Positions 59,628 to 64,000 of a stretch of 64,000 nucleotides of DNA are shown here, piece after piece. Position numbers and translations under genes: made by a program. Source of the stretch: Bacteroidia bacterium (lineage in GTDB: Bacteria; Bacteroidota; Bacteroidia; M30B66). The number at the start of each line of letters is the position of its first letter. Position 1 is the stretch's first letter. The notes below the pieces were generated by a model. That model saw nothing but the letters and a program-made list of their open reading frames with translations, had not been told where the DNA came from and searched no databases. Location: NCBI GenBank assembly GCA_965279035.1, contig OZ257142.1, positions 896,001 to 960,000 on the forward strand. The letters run 5' to 3'.

Positions 59628-60509
59628 TTAAATCTTTTCTCTGCGTTTAAATGCTTCTAATGTGTTTTGCATTAATGCTGCAATGGTCATTGCCCCAACT
59701 CCTCCAGGAACGGGAGTTATCCAGCTCGTTTTTGGTGCTACCGAATCAAAATCAACATCACCACAAAGTTTATATCCTTTCGGATTGGTTTCATCTTTTA
59801 ATCGGGTAATTCCAACATCAATAATAACAACACCTTCTTTCACCATATCAGCTCCTAAAAAAAGAGGCTTTCCTAAAGCTGCAATAATAATATCTGCTTG
59901 TAGCGTGTGATATTGAAGGTCATTCGTTCTACTATGAGTCAATGTAACTGTGCAATTTCCGGGATTGCTATTCCTACTTAAAAGAATACTCATTGGTGTT
60001 CCAACAATACTACTTCGGCCAATTACTACAGCATGTTTTCCTGATGTTTCTACTCCAAAATAATCTAATAACATCATGATTCCTTTGGGAGTTGCAGGCA
60101 CATATCCCGGTAATCCCAACATCATTAGTCCTAGACTTTCTGGATGAAATCCATCTACATCTTTTTCAGAATCTATTTCAAGTGTGATTTTTTCTTCTGA
60201 AATATGTTTAGGAAGTGGCAATTGAACAAGAATGCCATCAACATCTGAATTAGCATTCAAGCTTTTAATTTCATTAAGTAATGTTTCCTCAGTAACATCA
60301 GAATTAAATCGAATGAGAGTCGATTCAAAACCAATTTGCTCGCACGATCTTACTTTCGAAGCTACATAGGTTTCGCTTGCCCCATCATTCCCAACTAATA
60401 CAGCAACTAAATGCGGTTTTCTATATCCTTTAGCACGAAGTTGTTTAACTTCTTCAGCAATTTTATCCTTATAAAACTGTGAGGCCTTTTTTCCATCTAA
60501 AATTTCCAT
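59628..60509 (-). CDS. folD: Methylenetetrahydrofolate dehydrogenase/cyclohydrolase
   Basis: YVASK, GILVQLPLP, KDVDGFHP, GRSSIVG, TPVPGGVG.MT. Confidence 0.98.
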   Translation of the reverse strand: MEILDGKKASQFYKDKIAEEVKQLRAKGYRKPHLVAVLVGNDGASETYVASKVRSCEQIGFESTLIRFNSDVTEETLLNEIKSLNANSDVDGILVQLPLPKHISEEKITLEIDSEKDVDGFHPESLGLMMLGLPGYVPATPKGIMMLLDYFGVETSGKHAVVIGRSSIVGTPMSILLSRNSNPGNCTVTLTHSRTNDLQYHTLQADIIIAALGKPLFLGADMVKEGVVIIDVGITRLKDETNPKGYKLCGDVDFDSVAPKTSWITPVPGGVGAMTIAALMQNTLEAFKRREKI

Positions 60510-60518
60510 GATGATTTT

Positions 60519-61853
60519 TTATCGTTGAGCTCCGGGCATATTACGCATGAGTCCAGCCATTTTTCCGGGATTACTCATCATTCTCATCACCTTTCGCGTT
60601 TCCTCAAATTGCTTCAATAACTTATTTACATCTTGAATTGTTGTCCCACTTCCATCAGCAATTCTTTTTCTCCTTGAACCATTAATTAATGCAGGCTCAT
60701 CGCGTTCCTGTGGAGTCATTGAAAGTATAATGGCTTCAACACTTTTGAATGCGTTATCGTCTATATCTACATCCTTCATTGCTTTCCCAACACCTGGAAT
60801 CATTCCAACAAGATCTTTGATGTTTCCCATCTTTTTTATCTGTTGAATTTGATCATAAAAATCGTTGAAACTAAACTGATTCTTTGCAATCTTCTTTTGA
60901 AGCTTTCGCGCTTGTTCTTCATCAAAATTCTCTTGAGCTCTTTCTACCAACGAAACGATATCGCCCATTCCGAGAATACGGTCTGCCATTCGTTCTGGAT
61001 AGAACACATCAATGGCTTCCATTTTTTCTCCAGTACCAACAAATTTGATGGGCTTAGAAACTACCGAACGTATTGTTAGTGCTGCTCCACCTCGTGTATC
61101 ACCATCTAGTTTCGTTAATACAACACCATCATAATCAATTCTATCATTAAAGGCTTTTGCAGTATTTACAGCATCCTGACCTGTCATGGAATCAACTACA
61201 AACAAGGTCTCATGTGGTTGAACTGCCTTTTTTACATTGGCAATTTCATTCATCATGTGCTCATCTACAGCTAATCGCCCTGCAGTATCAATGATGATCA
61301 CATTTTTACCAAGTGATTTTCCATGTGCAATGGCTCTTTGTGCAATGTCTACTGGATCTTTACTTTCTAAATCTGCAAAAACTTCAACTCCAATCTGCTC
61401 ACCCAAAACTTTCAATTGGTTAATTGCAGCTGGTCTATAAACATCTCCCGCTACAAGCAAAACATTCTTTTTTTGCTTGTTCTTTAACATGTTTGCAAGT
61501 TTACCCGAGAAAGTAGTCTTACCTGAACCTTGCAAACCAGCTATCAATATAATGCTAGGATTCCCCGAAAGATTGATCTCCTCTCGTTGACCACCCATCA
61601 AAAGTGCTAGTTCATCATGCGTAATTTTAACAAGCAATTGACCTGGTGAAACTGCTGTTAAAACGTTTTCTCCTAATGCTTTCTCTTTGACTTTGTCAGT
61701 AAATTCTTTGGCAATTTTATAATTTACATCGGCATCTAGTAAAGCTTTTCTTACTTCTTTCAGTGTTTCTGCAACATTGATTTCAGTAATTTTACCCTGC
61801 CCTTTTAGCAGTTTAAATGCACGGTCGAATTTCTCACTTAAATTCTCAAACAT
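60519..61853 (-). CDS. ffh: Signal recognition particle protein
   Basis: GLQGSGKTT, DTAGR, TKLDGDTRGG, M domain; TAATTTTG box at 61882-61889. Confidence 0.98.
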   Translation of the reverse strand: MFENLSEKFDRAFKLLKGQGKITEINVAETLKEVRKALLDADVNYKIAKEFTDKVKEKALGENVLTAVSPGQLLVKITHDELALLMGGQREEINLSGNPSIILIAGLQGSGKTTFSGKLANMLKNKQKKNVLLVAGDVYRPAAINQLKVLGEQIGVEVFADLESKDPVDIAQRAIAHGKSLGKNVIIIDTAGRLAVDEHMMNEIANVKKAVQPHETLFVVDSMTGQDAVNTAKAFNDRIDYDGVVLTKLDGDTRGGAALTIRSVVSKPIKFVGTGEKMEAIDVFYPERMADRILGMGDIVSLVERAQENFDEEQARKLQKKIAKNQFSFNDFYDQIQQIKKMGNIKDLVGMIPGVGKAMKDVDIDDNAFKSVEAIILSMTPQERDEPALINGSRRKRIADGSGTTIQDVNKLLKQFEETRKVMRMMSNPGKMAGLMRNMPGAQR

Positions 61854-61949
61854 GATCGGAATGTATTTTCTTAAAGGAGGGCAAAATTACAAAAAATGCT
61901 GGGCTGGCATTTAATTTGTCAGGCCCGCCGCCGCTAAAAAAAACATACA

Positions 61950-62939
61950 ATGTATTCAAAGGTTCTACTTTGCTTTGCTCTCCTTTTATCACTCACTGTA
62001 TCTTCACAAAATTCAAATCAATTGTATCCTTATCTTGGAAAAAAGCGATTTGGATATGTTGATAATCAATTTAAACAAGCTATTTCAGAGGATTTTTCAT
62101 TTGCAGGGCCATTCATTCATGGCTTAGCAATCGCGTCCGATCAGCCATCATCAGGTTTATTCTCAGCCCAGCTTGGATTAATAAACACATCAGGAAATTG
62201 GGTTTTAAAATGCAACTACGATAAAATTTATCCCTTTTTTGAAGGATATGCAGTTGTTAAAAAAGGAAATAATTATGGAATGGTTGATACAACTGGTGGT
62301 ATAGTAATGCCTTTGAGATTTGAAGAATTAGATCAATATGGATCAGGATTAATTGGATATAGAGATGGTTTTATCTGGGGATTTACTGATGCATTTGGAA
62401 ATATAAAAATTCCTGCTCAGTTTGATAATATTACTCCATTTGATGGAAATCGTTGCTTTGTTAAACTCTATTCGAAATGGATCATTATTGATAAAACCGG
62501 TAAGCAAATAAATGCTGGCGAATGGGATTTGACCGATGGTTTTAGCGAAGGACTTGCAGGAGTAAAGTTTCTTGGAGGTGAGTTTGGATTTATTGATAGT
62601 ACAGGAAGAATTAGCATCCCTTCTCGTTTCGAAAATGTTCGACCGTTTAAAAATGGTAGAGCAGCTGTCCGTTTAGATGGACTTTGGGGATTTATTGATA
62701 AAACAGGAGCCCAAATTTCAAAACCTGTTTACTATGAAGTTCAAGATTTTTCTGAAGGAATGGCTGCTGTAGAATACAAAGGTAAATGGGGCTATATCGA
62801 CTCGAGTGGTCGCGTGATTGTTTCGGCAGTTTATACTGAAGCGGAACCTTATTATAACGGACTAGCTAGAGTTAAAGACTCAAGAGGTACTTGGTTTTAT
62901 TTAGATAAATCAGGTAAAGTTGTATATAGTTACAGGTAA
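61950..62939 (+). CDS. Exported WG-repeat protein
   Basis: Signal peptide; repeated F.EG.A.V...GKWGFID..G units. Confidence 0.9.
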   Translation: MYSKVLLCFALLLSLTVSSQNSNQLYPYLGKKRFGYVDNQFKQAISEDFSFAGPFIHGLAIASDQPSSGLFSAQLGLINTSGNWVLKCNYDKIYPFFEGYAVVKKGNNYGMVDTTGGIVMPLRFEELDQYGSGLIGYRDGFIWGFTDAFGNIKIPAQFDNITPFDGNRCFVKLYSKWIIIDKTGKQINAGEWDLTDGFSEGLAGVKFLGGEFGFIDSTGRISIPSRFENVRPFKNGRAAVRLDGLWGFIDKTGAQISKPVYYEVQDFSEGMAAVEYKGKWGYIDSSGRVIVSAVYTEAEPYYNGLARVKDSRGTWFYLDKSGKVVYSYR

Positions 62940-62940
62940 T

Positions 62941-63999
62941 TTACATCCGTTCAGGCATATCAATTCCAAGTAAATACATGCATTGCTTTAATGTTATTCC
63001 CACTTTATTAGAAAGAAATAATCTAAAAGATGCCGTATTCCTGTTTTCTTCTTTGATGATATCAAATTCATGGTAGAATTGATTGAATTCTTTAGCTAAT
63101 TCATAAGCATAATTCGCTACATGTGCAGGGTTTAGCGCTTCAGAAGCAATCTCAATAGTTTCTCTATATTGTTCTAAGGTTCTAATAAGTGAACGATGTT
63201 GAGGCTCATTTTCCAGTAATTTCGAATCAAACGTGGAAGTAATAATCCCATCTGCTTTTCTTAGAATTGATTGTATTCTGGCATAGGTATATTGAATAAA
63301 AGGCCCTGTATTTCCATTAAAATCGATTGATTCTGATGGATTGAAGACCATCCTTTTCTTTGGGTCAACTTTCAATATAAAGTATTTCAAAGCACCTAAG
63401 CCAATGGTATTATAAAGTGATTTCTTTTCTTCATCACTCATATCCGTGTTTTTTCCTAACTCTTCTGATCGAACACGTGCTTCATTTATTACTTCATCTA
63501 TTAAATCATCGGCATCAACTACAGTCCCTTCTCTTGACTTCATCTTACCGCTTGGCAAATCAACCATTCCATAAGAAAGATGAAATATACCTTTCGCCCA
63601 ATCAAACCCCAATTTTTGTAGAGTTAATGAAAGTACTTTGAAATGATAATCTTGCTCATTTCCAACTACATATATATAGGATGCGCATTGGAGTTCTTGA
63701 TGCCTTAGTAATGCAGTTCCTAAATCTTGGGTCATGTATACCGATGTCCCATCTGATCTTAATAATAGCTTATGATCAAGTCCTTCATTTGTTAAATCTA
63801 TCCAAACAGAATGATCTTCTTTTTTATACAGCACTCCCGATTTTAAACCAGATTCAATAATGTCTTTTCCTAAAACATAGGTTTCCGATTCATAATAGAA
63901 TTTATCAAACGAAACACCTAGTCGCGAATAGGTTTCATTAAATCCTTTGTATACCCAAGCATTCATCATTCTCCATAGCGAAAGAACCTCTTCATTTCC
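62941..63999 (-). CDS. argS: Arginine--tRNA ligase, 5'-truncated by window edge
   Basis: YYES.TY, LLRSDGTSVYMTQD, YVVGNEQDYHF, KMKSREG, GNTGPFIQYTYARIQSI, LGIDMPERM; frame open to the window end. Confidence 0.97.
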   Translation of the reverse strand, partial: GNEEVLSLWRMMNAWVYKGFNETYSRLGVSFDKFYYESETYVLGKDIIESGLKSGVLYKKEDHSVWIDLTNEGLDHKLLLRSDGTSVYMTQDLGTALLRHQELQCASYIYVVGNEQDYHFKVLSLTLQKLGFDWAKGIFHLSYGMVDLPSGKMKSREGTVVDADDLIDEVINEARVRSEELGKNTDMSDEEKKSLYNTIGLGALKYFILKVDPKKRMVFNPSESIDFNGNTGPFIQYTYARIQSILRKADGIITSTFDSKLLENEPQHRSLIRTLEQYRETIEIASEALNPAHVANYAYELAKEFNQFYHEFDIIKEENRNTASFRLFLSNKVGITLKQCMYLLGIDMPERM

Positions 64000-64000
64000 T

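Noticed and set aside
876-63641. Numerous 60-125 aa alternate-frame and antisense ORFs in the ORF track
   Set aside because: They overlap well-supported genes and have no recognisable motifs; treated as shadow ORFs.

Overview
A gene-dense, mostly housekeeping segment of a Bacteroidota chromosome. The assignment rests on TAnnTTTG -7 promoter boxes, T9SS C-terminal sorting domains and split pheS/pheT. It carries translation and core genes (pheT, pheS, argS partial, rpsT, rbfA, ffh, mtaB, queE, folD, recR, rnhB, lgt, suhB), tRNA-Glu(TTC) and tRNA-Asn(GTT), futalosine-type menaquinone genes, envelope glycosyltransferases and transporters, three OmpA-domain proteins and five T9SS cargo proteins. 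I saw no mobile element, prophage or CRISPR array. The stand-out element is a tightly coupled five-gene minus-strand operon at 14003-19529: a stand-alone PqqD/RRE protein, an ATP-grasp ligase, a LysA-like PLP decarboxylase with an altered substrate pocket, a urea-transporter-fold membrane protein fused to an M23 peptidase, and an exported TPR protein. No precursor-peptide gene is visible. However, the decarboxylase begins with an extension carrying YERPII, resembling the YxxPxL RRE-binding motif of lasso-peptide leaders. This suggests an uncharacterised RRE-organised biosynthesis/export system. All family calls come from reading motifs by eye, not from database searches.
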